Shown here: one piece after another, positions 38,818 through 46,890 of the stretch | How the letters are laid out: every line of letters begins with the position of its first letter | How positions within the stretch are numbered: the first letter of the stretch is position 1 | IMG/VR virus record: IMGVR_UViG_3300044878_000051 | Location: 30,031-94,030 of that record | Strand: one strand, 5' to 3' | Origin: a virus | Length of the DNA stretch: 64,000 nucleotides | The notes under the pieces: generated by a model | What the model was told of the DNA's origin: nothing | The model's database searches: none | What the model saw: the letters and a program-made list of their open reading frames with translations, nothing else | Program-made: the position numbers and the translations under genes

Positions 38818-38899
38818 GGTGGAACCACCGGGAATCAAACCCGATTAGCCCGATCGACCTTTCAGCCTATCAGTCGCTTTAACATTAAGCTATAGTCCC
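38818..38899 (-). ncRNA. tRNA-like RNA with a G3:U70 acceptor and a GAAA-capped anticodon arm
   Basis: Acceptor GGGACTA/TGGTTCC+A; D and T arms present; anticodon loop replaced by GGCT-GAAA-GGTC. Confidence 0.65.
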
Positions 38900-39164
38900 G
38901 GAAATGGCTCCGGCTTGCTCCCCACCGCTATCGTGGTTCACTAAACTCATGTGTAGCCAGACGACCCGCCGGAGAGGTCTTTAACTAGATGTACCAGTAA
39001 TCCTGAGGTTCCGAAGAAGGCAGGCACACGATGCAACTCCACTGGACTACGAGTAGGGTGATCCTTCCCCGCATTCGACGCGGGAATTAATGCTGAGGCG
39101 CGCCCGTCACCGACATTCGCTCAAAAGGCAAGTCTAATTAGGCGCACAGCAAAGGATCGTGAAA

Positions 39165-39250
39165 TGGTGGGTGAGGTAGGATTCGAACCTACGAAGCACA
39201 CGGCGTCAGATTTACAATCTGATAACTTTGAACCACTTGTATACTCACCC
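39165..39250 (-). tRNA. tRNA-Tyr(GTA)
   Basis: Cloverleaf with a variable arm and ACCA end. Confidence 0.93.
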
Positions 39251-39256
39251 GTTAAA

Positions 39257-39376
39257 GCAGCCGGTGTCGTGCATCGAAGCACTGCTAGTTCCCGGACCGC
39301 ACTAGCTTTCCATTAACGAAGGCTGACGCGTTGTCAGCTATGGCCCTCGTTAATGACCTCCCAGAGGTACACCTGC
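39257..39376 (-). ncRNA. Putative multi-hairpin structured RNA
   Basis: Closing helix plus four hairpins fill the whole inter-tRNA spacer. Confidence 0.5.
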
Positions 39377-39382
39377 ACAAAC

Positions 39383-39543
39383 TGGCCCCGAGGGGTGGAC
39401 TCAAACCACCGACCTATCCGTTCAACCGACTCCGTTTCACGGGAGAGTTTAGGTTGCACTGGCACTGCCGACCCCACGCATTAGCGTTCATGTCGTGATT
39501 ACCAGTGGTCTCGGACTGTTCTATCAACTGAACTACCCAGGGG
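39383..39543 (-). ncRNA. tRNA-like RNA with an ~90-nt two-hairpin insertion in the anticodon loop
   Basis: D arm TAGTTCAGTTGATAGAAC, stem GTCCG/CGGAT, AGGTC variable loop, T arm GGTGG-TTTGAGT-CCACC, GCCA end. Confidence 0.75.
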
Positions 39544-39551
39544 ATAAACCT

Positions 39552-39704
39552 TTAGAACTCACCCCGTTCCGGACGAGGTTGAGTAACAGCGGCCCCTAAG
39601 AGGAACACGGCACCAAAGACAATGGCACCGACCTTAGGATCAAACGCTGCTGGAACAGCCGCAACAATGAGGGCCGGTACAGCAATGAACACAGCTCGCA
39701 TCAT
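39552..39704 (-). CDS. 50-aa protein with two predicted membrane segments
   Basis: Absent from the ORF track. AAGGAG SD; MMRAVFIAVPALIVAAVPAAFDPKVGAIVFGAVFLLGAAVTQPRPERGEF. Confidence 0.7.
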   Translation of the reverse strand: MMRAVFIAVPALIVAAVPAAFDPKVGAIVFGAVFLLGAAVTQPRPERGEF

Positions 39705-40016
39705 GGCGACTCTCCTTGAAATTAACCGCTACCCCGTCCTACGGAATGCAATACAACAAGTGTGTCCCAAAAGGAAAAGAAAGAAAACCTCTGGGGATGC
39801 GGTATGCAAGCGCATCATGGTACACACTGTTGCCGGGTCACGTTCGACTAAACCGTAGTTACACTGGTACCCGTCATGCCAGTGTATCCCTGTAAAGGGA
39901 AATCCCCCCAAAGCCGCGAAGCTCTGGGTCGTGCTGGAATCACTACTATCAGTCGGTTACGCGTCAGTCTCTCAATAGATGCGTGGGCTATGTAAAATAA
40001 TACGTAATATCCAGCC

Positions 40017-40044
40017 AAAAAAAAAGGGTTCTCGAAAGAACCCC
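40017..40044 (-). terminator. Intrinsic terminator
   Basis: GGGTTCT-cgaa-AGAACCC hairpin with an A9 tract (U tract on the minus strand). Confidence 0.8.
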
Positions 40045-40058
40045 TAAGTTTTGAGGTG

Positions 40059-40469
40059 TTACGGGATCGCAGGGAAGCCTACGATCTTGAGGATCAAGTT
40101 ACGCTTACGACGGTACCAACCAGCAGACTTCGCAGGGAAGCCTCTCTCGGTGCTCTGCTTGCGGATCTGAGGATCGTCTTCGAACAACAGGGGTACTGGG
40201 AAGTAACGCCAGTGTTTCGGTTCCCCAGAGCGCACCAGAGCGTGCAGGGTGCGTTTGCTCCACTTGCTGGTAGTGATACCAGCGATCAGTTCTTGGCGGA
40301 TCTCTTCGTGGTCTTGCTCGGTTGGGTAAACGGCGAAGATGTTCTTGTAGTGGGCAATCGTGGTCTTGTCTTCATTGGTGGTCTTCTCCATTATAAACAG
40401 GACGCCACCGATGTCGTGGAGGGAGACGTTGCCATTCTCGTATTTGTGTGTTACGAATTCTGCGGACAT
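40059..40469 (-). CDS. Hypothetical early protein
   Basis: 136 aa between an early promoter and a terminator. Confidence 0.7.
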   Translation of the reverse strand: MSAEFVTHKYENGNVSLHDIGGVLFIMEKTTNEDKTTIAHYKNIFAVYPTEQDHEEIRQELIAGITTSKWSKRTLHALVRSGEPKHWRYFPVPLLFEDDPQIRKQSTERGFPAKSAGWYRRKRNLILKIVGFPAIP

Positions 40470-40522
40470 GATTCGGGCCTTCTAAGGTATGGGGGGATTA
40501 AAGGTATTTCCTATTCACTTGG

Positions 40523-40539
40523 GTAATATAGATCTGAAA
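40523..40539 (-). promoter_or_regulatory. Early promoter (TATATTAC)
   Basis: Minus strand TTTCAGATCTATATTAC contains the exact phiKZ early core. Confidence 0.75.
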
Positions 40540-40597
40540 CTTATTTGCTTCAACCCAAATAGAATGAAGGTGTTATCTTTAATCACGGGGTGTCCAC

Positions 40598-41215
40598 ATG
40601 GGGCGTTTAGTAAATCTGCTCGAGGAAGCTGAGCTTACCTTGACGTACAGTGCAGAAGGAATCGCTTTGCTGGATGCCAGCAAAGAGGAAGTTCCTACCA
40701 AGGATATTTATATCCTGTTAACCGACACCAAGACCTTAGTGAGTAAGGTGAGTCGTATGGTGACTGGTGATCCGTACAACCATGTGTCGCTGATGTTGTC
40801 TGAGGACTTCGATGAGGGTATCTATACCTTCAGTCTCTCGAACGGCCTTAACGGCATCTTTGGGGGCTTCATGGTGGAGGATCGTAAGAACCTGAAAGGG
40901 TCTCACTACTCCATGTATCGTGTCGCGGTCACTAACAGCGTCTACGACAAGATTAAGCTTAAGGTGACTGACTACATTAACGCGGTAGACAAAACCTCCT
41001 ACAACCACTTGGGGTTGTTTAATGCGATCTTCAAGAAAGGCATCTTCAAGTCTGAAGACGGCCAAACTTCGATCTGTTCTGAATTCGTGGTGGAAGTGTT
41101 AAAATTTGCTGGCGTAGAACTCTTCGCCAAAAGATTAGCGAGCACTGTAAGACCTTACGAGTTGGTCAAATCCAAGCTGCTGAAGTTCCACAAGCGTGGC
41201 GTCATAAAAGGCTGA
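40598..41215 (+). CDS. Permuted papain-like NlpC/P60 (YiiX/YaeF-type) enzyme
   Basis: His precedes Cys: PYNHVSL ... SYN ... ICSEFV. Confidence 0.8.
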   Translation: MGRLVNLLEEAELTLTYSAEGIALLDASKEEVPTKDIYILLTDTKTLVSKVSRMVTGDPYNHVSLMLSEDFDEGIYTFSLSNGLNGIFGGFMVEDRKNLKGSHYSMYRVAVTNSVYDKIKLKVTDYINAVDKTSYNHLGLFNAIFKKGIFKSEDGQTSICSEFVVEVLKFAGVELFAKRLASTVRPYELVKSKLLKFHKRGVIKG

Positions 41216-41552
41216 ATCCCCGGCTCTCTTCGGAGGGCCGGTTTATGACGGCATAAAAGCTTGGCTCGAGGGAATCTCAACCTACTCCAGAACTTTCCCA
41301 CCATCTGAGGCGTGGGGACGTCTGTTTCGCGCGGAATCCCTGCGGCTTTGCTTTTATGCTTTCTTACTGTCAAGTAGAACTGGCTTGTCGTACCCGTGAT
41401 CGTCTTCCTCCCAAGGCCTTGGGAAGTACTGGCTCAATAGAGCACTACCTTAGATCCACACTGTTTTTGTGCTTACACCCTCGAACTACTCCGGCCCCAA
41501 ACTGAGGCTCTATCAACATGTGAATGCTCGTGAACCTCTAAGCTCTATAAGT

Positions 41553-41780
41553 TTATGGCCAAGAGGTATGCTTACCCGGCCCCTTGCCGAGTGCATTACC
41601 ACCGAACCACTTATTGAGGGTCTTAGAAAGGCGCAAGGCTATTGATTGTGGTTTGCCGGAATCTCTCCCTATGTCGGGTATCAAACTGAACACGAGCATG
41701 TGCGTCAGTCTGAAAAGTGCGAACACTCTAACCCAACTAGAAATCCCCAACCAAAGCCAGTTCTTCAACTCTTCTGTCAC
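41553..41780 (-). CDS. Possible small membrane protein
   Basis: 75-aa ORF, hydrophobic N-terminal half, weak SD. Confidence 0.35.
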   Translation of the reverse strand: MTEELKNWLWLGISSWVRVFALFRLTHMLVFSLIPDIGRDSGKPQSIALRLSKTLNKWFGGNALGKGPGKHTSWP

Positions 41781-41817
41781 GGTGTGCGCGTTAACCGTTG
41801 GCTTCAGGCTCTGATAT

Positions 41818-42168
41818 TCAAGAGAAGTCCTCTATGCCAGAACACGTACCTCGAACGTGCGGCTGTCGGTGCTCCTCCCAGTTACTACGCAGTAACTCGG
41901 GCCTGTGGTACGCGTGCCATCGCCGCTCTGATTCAACGGGTGGCTCATAGTCTAAGACCATGGCTGCCGTGATCGAGGGCCTAACGACCGCATGATCCAA
42001 GTGAGTGAAAATATCGGGAAGACCAACGCCAACGTAAGTCCGTCGAGCGTTTCTGGATTCCTCCCGATATTCGTCTTCAGTAACCACATCAAAGTTGTGG
42101 CTAGCTAGAAGTCTCGCTAAGCCTAGTGCGCAACCGCCGATGATCAAGATCCGTCGTGCGGTACCCAA
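41818..42168 (-). CDS. Hypothetical protein
   Basis: TTG start with an AAGGA SD, within the phuZ operon. Confidence 0.5.
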   Translation of the reverse strand: MGTARRILIIGGCALGLARLLASHNFDVVTEDEYREESRNARRTYVGVGLPDIFTHLDHAVVRPSITAAMVLDYEPPVESERRWHAYHRPELLRSNWEEHRQPHVRGTCSGIEDFS

Positions 42169-42180
42169 TAGACATCCTTA

Positions 42181-42372
42181 TCAGCCCATCCCGACACCAG
42201 AAGGACGGTTCTCGACCTGATGTTTCGCAGGATCGTAAACCACCTTCTCGTAGCAGTTGTGCCAAGGTTTTCCCAAACAGCAAGTGCAATGAAACGGTGA
42301 CGCCGCTGGTTTGCTCAGGAGTTCAATGACTCCGCACTTGTCGCAAGCGTATTCCAGCAGCGTGCCGCTCAT
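42181..42372 (-). CDS. Small Cys-rich putative zinc-binding protein
   Basis: CDKC...CTCC...WH; start overlaps the phuZ stop codon. Confidence 0.7.
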   Translation of the reverse strand: MSGTLLEYACDKCGVIELLSKPAASPFHCTCCLGKPWHNCYEKVVYDPAKHQVENRPSGVGMG

Positions 42373-43334
42373 TACAACACCAGGCCGTCGTCAGTAGTGG
42401 CAGCGTTGCCCACCAGATCGACAGCAGCAGCACGGCCATCACGGCGCAGGATGAAGTTGTCCAGAGTGGTCTGAAGACGCTCGTAAGTTTCGTTCAGGTT
42501 CTCGGTGGACACCACGAGGTGGACTTCGCTGACGCCTTCGATAGCGGTCTTGAAGTAACCGGTGCACGGATATTCCGGGATCGGCTCTTCCAGATGCTTC
42601 TGATCACGGTCGCTGTACAGCGAAGCGATGGTGATCGGGTCCTTGATGGCCTTGACGGCTTCAGGGTTGTAGAAGATGTCCAACATGGCCAGTTGTGCCG
42701 GCACGCTGGTCGAGTGGTTGAAACGCAGCCAGTTGGCAACGTCTTTGGTATCCAGCTCATCGTTCTGACGCGAGGTCAGGTAGCACAGGCTGGAGATGGC
42801 CAGGTGGAGTTGACCGTCGACTACCGAACGAGTGCAGTCGCCGCCGTTGTGGCGGTAGTGCATGACGATCGGGGTATCGACTTGCTTGGAGATGGCTGCC
42901 AGCGACTTGATGGTGTTCAGGCTGTTCTGTGCCGTGATGGTCGATTCCGAAGAACCCGCCAGCAGGACAACAACCGAGTGACCACGGGACGCCAGCTCTT
43001 TTGCCAGCAACGGGCCGATGACCGAACCCGAACCGCCGGATGCCGAGAAGACCACGATGTTGAAGTCTTCAGGAACTTGTTGCAGAAGGATCTGCTTGAC
43101 CGCTGCGGAGATCTGCGCGTGGTTCTCTTTACGCACTTTACCGGAGCCGTCGGTTTTGTCCAGGACGTAGATCGAGCTTTCGTCTTCGATGCCGGCCAAG
43201 TTGGAACGGCTGGTATCTACGAAGCTGACCAACGGTGTAGCGAAGCCAGGAGCTGGCGGACGACCGATGTAGGTTTTGACAATGTTCGTGCCAAGGCCAC
43301 CACAGCCGTACAGACGCACTTTACCTTGTTCCAT
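42372..43334 (-). CDS. phuZ: Tubulin-like spindle protein PhuZ
   Basis: GCGGLG, DTS, DGSGK, SASGGSGS tubulin signature and ELDTKD T7 loop. Confidence 0.95.
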   Translation of the reverse strand: MEQGKVRLYGCGGLGTNIVKTYIGRPPAPGFATPLVSFVDTSRSNLAGIEDESSIYVLDKTDGSGKVRKENHAQISAAVKQILLQQVPEDFNIVVFSASGGSGSVIGPLLAKELASRGHSVVVLLAGSSESTITAQNSLNTIKSLAAISKQVDTPIVMHYRHNGGDCTRSVVDGQLHLAISSLCYLTSRQNDELDTKDVANWLRFNHSTSVPAQLAMLDIFYNPEAVKAIKDPITIASLYSDRDQKHLEEPIPEYPCTGYFKTAIEGVSEVHLVVSTENLNETYERLQTTLDNFILRRDGRAAAVDLVGNAATTDDGLVL

Positions 43335-43492
43335 GTTTTTAACTTCCTAGCTCTAAAGATTAAGACGGGAGGTACTACGAGAGCGCATTACTCTCAATAG
43401 ATACATCCCATATATCTTTTTTTACAGACGTACGCGTTATGGTGCGTTATTGAATGACCGCAGGGTCTTCTTTATCAACTGGAGACGCTATC

Positions 43493-44308
43493 GTGAATCC
43501 CATTCAGAAAGCAATCTCGGACGTGAAGTCAGCGATCCCTCGGGAGGTCCTTGAAAGAACGTTCATGAAACCTGATAACGTGGCTTACGGTCAACGACAG
43601 GGTTTCACACCACAAAGCCTCGACTTCCATATTCGTACGGTCGTCATTGAAGGTAACGTATTGCCTGACTGTAATCTGGTCGGCGGTACAGAAGTAACGA
43701 TCCCGCTGGTAGAAGTTCTGCCACAGTGGATCTCTGACTACAACGTGTTGTACCGTGTGCCGAAACACTTGACTCAGAACCGCAGCATCTTGCGCCTGAT
43801 TCACTTGACCTTCGGCGACGGTGGTGTAGTCGGCAGTATGAACCTCGCAATCCAAGGGCGCTCGGCGCTGATGGACGGGGCTCAAGGTGTACTGCAAGCT
43901 CACTTGCCGATTCCAATCGTCTCTACGGCGAACATGGAACTGGTGGGTGAGAACACGGTATTGGTTAAAGACAACATCACGATGCCGGGCAACCCGTATC
44001 TACGCTGTGTGATTGAGGGTGACACTGAACTCAACCACTTGCAACCTACCTCCTACCGCCACTTCAGTAAGCTGGTGATCTTAGCGACTAAGCGACACAT
44101 CTTCAACAACATGGCGGTCATCACAGACCAAGCTGCGTTGTCGGGTGGTATGGCGTTGGGTCGTATTCGTGAAATCATTGACGGCTACTCCGATGCCTAC
44201 GAACAGTACGAGGAATACTTCGATACTGTCTGGCGTAAGGTTGCGCTGTTCAACGATCCTGAAGCGAACAAGCGTCATCTGAAGTACATCACCGGGGGTC
44301 GCTGGTAA
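43493..44308 (+). CDS. Conserved chimallivirus protein, probably virion structural
   Basis: GTG start with a GGAG SD and an upstream TATG. The function is inferred. Confidence 0.65.
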   Translation: MNPIQKAISDVKSAIPREVLERTFMKPDNVAYGQRQGFTPQSLDFHIRTVVIEGNVLPDCNLVGGTEVTIPLVEVLPQWISDYNVLYRVPKHLTQNRSILRLIHLTFGDGGVVGSMNLAIQGRSALMDGAQGVLQAHLPIPIVSTANMELVGENTVLVKDNITMPGNPYLRCVIEGDTELNHLQPTSYRHFSKLVILATKRHIFNNMAVITDQAALSGGMALGRIREIIDGYSDAYEQYEEYFDTVWRKVALFNDPEANKRHLKYITGGRW

Positions 44309-45060
44309 TGACCTACCAAGAGGGTAAGTACAGTACGTTCACCCACAATGGGAAAGAGTACCCACTCGATCCCTTTCTGAAGCGTGCTGAGAAGCTCCGT
44401 GCTAAGCCTGTATCTATGGCGAAGCTGGAGTGGAACGTGAAGACAGCCCACCCAGATCCCAAGCGGGTGAAGACTGCTGACATCAATTACCCGATCCTGT
44501 ACACGATTGACCCGAAGTGGGGTTACGTAGTATTGGATGGTCTCCACCGTTTGACCAAAGCTTACCAGATGGGCAAGCGGGAGATCCTAGGTAAAGAAAT
44601 ACCGCAGTCGTGGTTCGATGAAATAGGTACGATCTCAATGGAAGACGAAAGCAACCCATCCTACACCGTGGGTCAAGTCACTCGTGAGCAAGCGTTTGAA
44701 TGGCTCGCACAGAACCGCCAGCAACGTCCAGAGCCCCTGCTTCAGGATTCCTACTCAGCGGGTGGGACTGGTGTGGATCGTGTGTACGCCTTTGCTTATC
44801 ACGGGGACGAAATCGTTGGGTACGCTAGCCTGTTGAATGGTCAGCGTTATCTGATTGACATGTATGTCCCTGAGTCACTGCGGGGACAAGGTGTCGGTCG
44901 GCAACTGATTGACTCTCTGTTGGTGGATCTAGTGGTAGTCCGTAAAGATCAGGAAGACATCATTGCTTTCCTGAAGGCTACAGGCTTTTCACTGGAGAAT
45001 GACTTTGTTAACACCAAGGTCTATCGAAAGTATCACGGGGCTAAGGTCCACGCTTACTGA
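44308..45060 (+). CDS. ParB/Srx-like domain fused to a GNAT acetyltransferase
   Basis: PIL...VVLDGLHRL in the N-terminal half; MYVPESLRGQGVG...FLKATGF in the C-terminal half. Confidence 0.75.
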   Translation: MTYQEGKYSTFTHNGKEYPLDPFLKRAEKLRAKPVSMAKLEWNVKTAHPDPKRVKTADINYPILYTIDPKWGYVVLDGLHRLTKAYQMGKREILGKEIPQSWFDEIGTISMEDESNPSYTVGQVTREQAFEWLAQNRQQRPEPLLQDSYSAGGTGVDRVYAFAYHGDEIVGYASLLNGQRYLIDMYVPESLRGQGVGRQLIDSLLVDLVVVRKDQEDIIAFLKATGFSLENDFVNTKVYRKYHGAKVHAY

Positions 45061-45099
45061 CGGCATAGAGAGAGGCTTCGCGCCTCTCTCTTTATGCGC
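45061..45099. terminator. Bidirectional terminator
   Basis: GCATAGAGAGAGGC-ttcgc-GCCTCTCTCTTTATGC between convergent genes. Confidence 0.8.
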
Positions 45100-45456
45100 T
45101 TACCAGAAGCGTTGGTTCTTCTGGGCTTTCGGATCACGCGAGTCGTCGGTGAAGTAGAAAGCACCCACACTGGTGAACACTTCGATCTTGTCGAGGTTGT
45201 TGGAGTTGAACATCCAGGTGATACGACGGGTAGGGTTGTCGTACACACGGGTCAGCTCGCGCCAATGCTTACGGAACAGCTCCATGATCTCACCCACGTA
45301 CTTTAAACGCTCTGGGGTGGTCAGTGGGTAGGTAATCAGGTTACGCTCTGTGTTGCGCCCTATGAACCCTGTCAGGTTAGCAATGGCGTTAGCCAGCTTC
45401 CAGTCCAGTGTCCGGGTACGTTCTAGTTGTTCTTCGGTGGGTTGTGTTGGAGTCAT
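45100..45456 (-). CDS. Hypothetical protein
   Basis: 118-aa ORF. Confidence 0.65.
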   Translation of the reverse strand: MTPTQPTEEQLERTRTLDWKLANAIANLTGFIGRNTERNLITYPLTTPERLKYVGEIMELFRKHWRELTRVYDNPTRRITWMFNSNNLDKIEVFTSVGAFYFTDDSRDPKAQKNQRFW

Positions 45457-45854
45457 TCTTGATCTTCTCAGATGGGTTAGAGTTCTACATATCCATACCC
45501 CAACAGTAGATAAGTATATATCTTACCTAATTGAATTTTCCGGGAATTTTTTATTTTTGCTCTTAAAGCTCACTGGTAGTAGTTGACATGTGGGTCTGGT
45601 CGTACTCGCGTACTAGCCCCACTGTACTCTACGGTATAGCGTAAACTCCCTGCGGGAGAAAAAGGCTAGGATAGACTATGGAGTAGGCTATGCTAACGCA
45701 GCCACTCACAAGACTATTTAGATAAAGCTTCGCTTTGTTTCTATGAAACCCCCTAAATCCCCCTTTACCTTTCAACCGAGAACAAACTTTTTACTACAAA
45801 AGATAGGTTAACGAAACTATTCTTTTACGTACAGCAGGGGCTAAACCCCTGCGT

Positions 45855-46259
45855 TTACGTGTAGAAGTAGTCAGTGGTGTCAACATCCAAGAATGTAACC
45901 CGTACTTGGAACAGTAAAGCCTTGAAGACCTGAGGAGTAACTTCAACCAGTACATCACTCTCCACGACAAAGTAACGATCGTAGAACAACCGCTTTAGCT
46001 GAGTACAGATCTCACTACGAGCCAGAAAGACATTCGGACGAACCTTAATGTCATCTTGCATCCGCACACGCTTCAAGTGATCGTAGATATACAGGTGGAT
46101 ATTCTTACGCCCTACAGCTTCATCAACCCCCACTTCCCGCAAAGCTACAAATCCATCCACAGTGCCTTCTAGGAAGCTCTCTACCGAACGTTCTGCCTGA
46201 TTGAGTGCAACGCCCAAGCATTCAGCCAGCACGACCCCTGCGTCTCTACAATCGTCCAT
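45855..46259 (-). CDS. Hypothetical protein
   Basis: 134-aa ORF. Confidence 0.65.
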   Translation of the reverse strand: MDDCRDAGVVLAECLGVALNQAERSVESFLEGTVDGFVALREVGVDEAVGRKNIHLYIYDHLKRVRMQDDIKVRPNVFLARSEICTQLKRLFYDRYFVVESDVLVEVTPQVFKALLFQVRVTFLDVDTTDYFYT

Positions 46260-46310
46260 CCCCTACCCCCGAGCATAATGAGGCCACCGGGAGGGCAGCC
46301 TCAGAATGAA

Positions 46311-46799
46311 TTACACAGCACACGCAATGTAGAGCGCAGCATCTTCCATGGTCGCTACAACCACAGCACCGGAGTCGGTAAGCTGAGTATGCAAGCGAGA
46401 ATGGTCAGGACGACCCTCAGGCAACACCACCAGAGTGTCCTCAGGGCTAGCCATTGCCGCAGCAGCCAGTTCTTCGTAACCCGAGAAGCCAGTCTGCTCT
46501 TCTGGCAACACAAACACCTTGGTAGCAGCCGAGAGCTGACTCAGGACATCGGCAACAGCCGCTTCCTGTAGCTGTACGGTCTCCAAGGAAGGTTGAGCAC
46601 CAGCGCTAACGTTCCAGACTTTAACTTCCTTGTGGCACTCCATGAGCACCGCTTCCCATTCGCCGGACTGGACGCCACCGTAAATGATAACGTTGCGTTC
46701 GTTCTTGATCCCGTCAACGTCTGCCAACTCGTCATTAGGAGTGGCAACGTGATCTGGACCTTCGCCTGCATCTTCGTCGAAGTAATCACTGAGAGACAT
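46311..46799 (-). CDS. Hypothetical acidic protein
   Basis: MSLSDY start with an AAGGAG SD and an upstream TATG. Confidence 0.7.
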   Translation of the reverse strand: MSLSDYFDEDAGEGPDHVATPNDELADVDGIKNERNVIIYGGVQSGEWEAVLMECHKEVKVWNVSAGAQPSLETVQLQEAAVADVLSQLSAATKVFVLPEEQTGFSGYEELAAAAMASPEDTLVVLPEGRPDHSRLHTQLTDSGAVVVATMEDAALYIACAV

Positions 46800-46890
46800 C
46801 TTTAACTCCTTAAGTACAGTTGGTCTCATAACCTATATCGGAACAAAAAAAGAAAGGGAGTACAAACCCCCTTTTCTCTTTGGTACCACC

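Noticed and set aside
35085-39543. Inserts in the tRNA-like RNAs as self-splicing group I introns
   Set aside because: The inserts (up to about 90 nt) are far too short, and I could not restore a canonical anticodon loop by removing them.
35220-39911. Track ORFs overlapping tRNAs or spacers (35220..35702, 36692..36928, 36877..37233, 38638..38838, 39622..39858, 39729..39911)
   Set aside because: They overlap clear tRNA genes or structured elements and lack translation signals.
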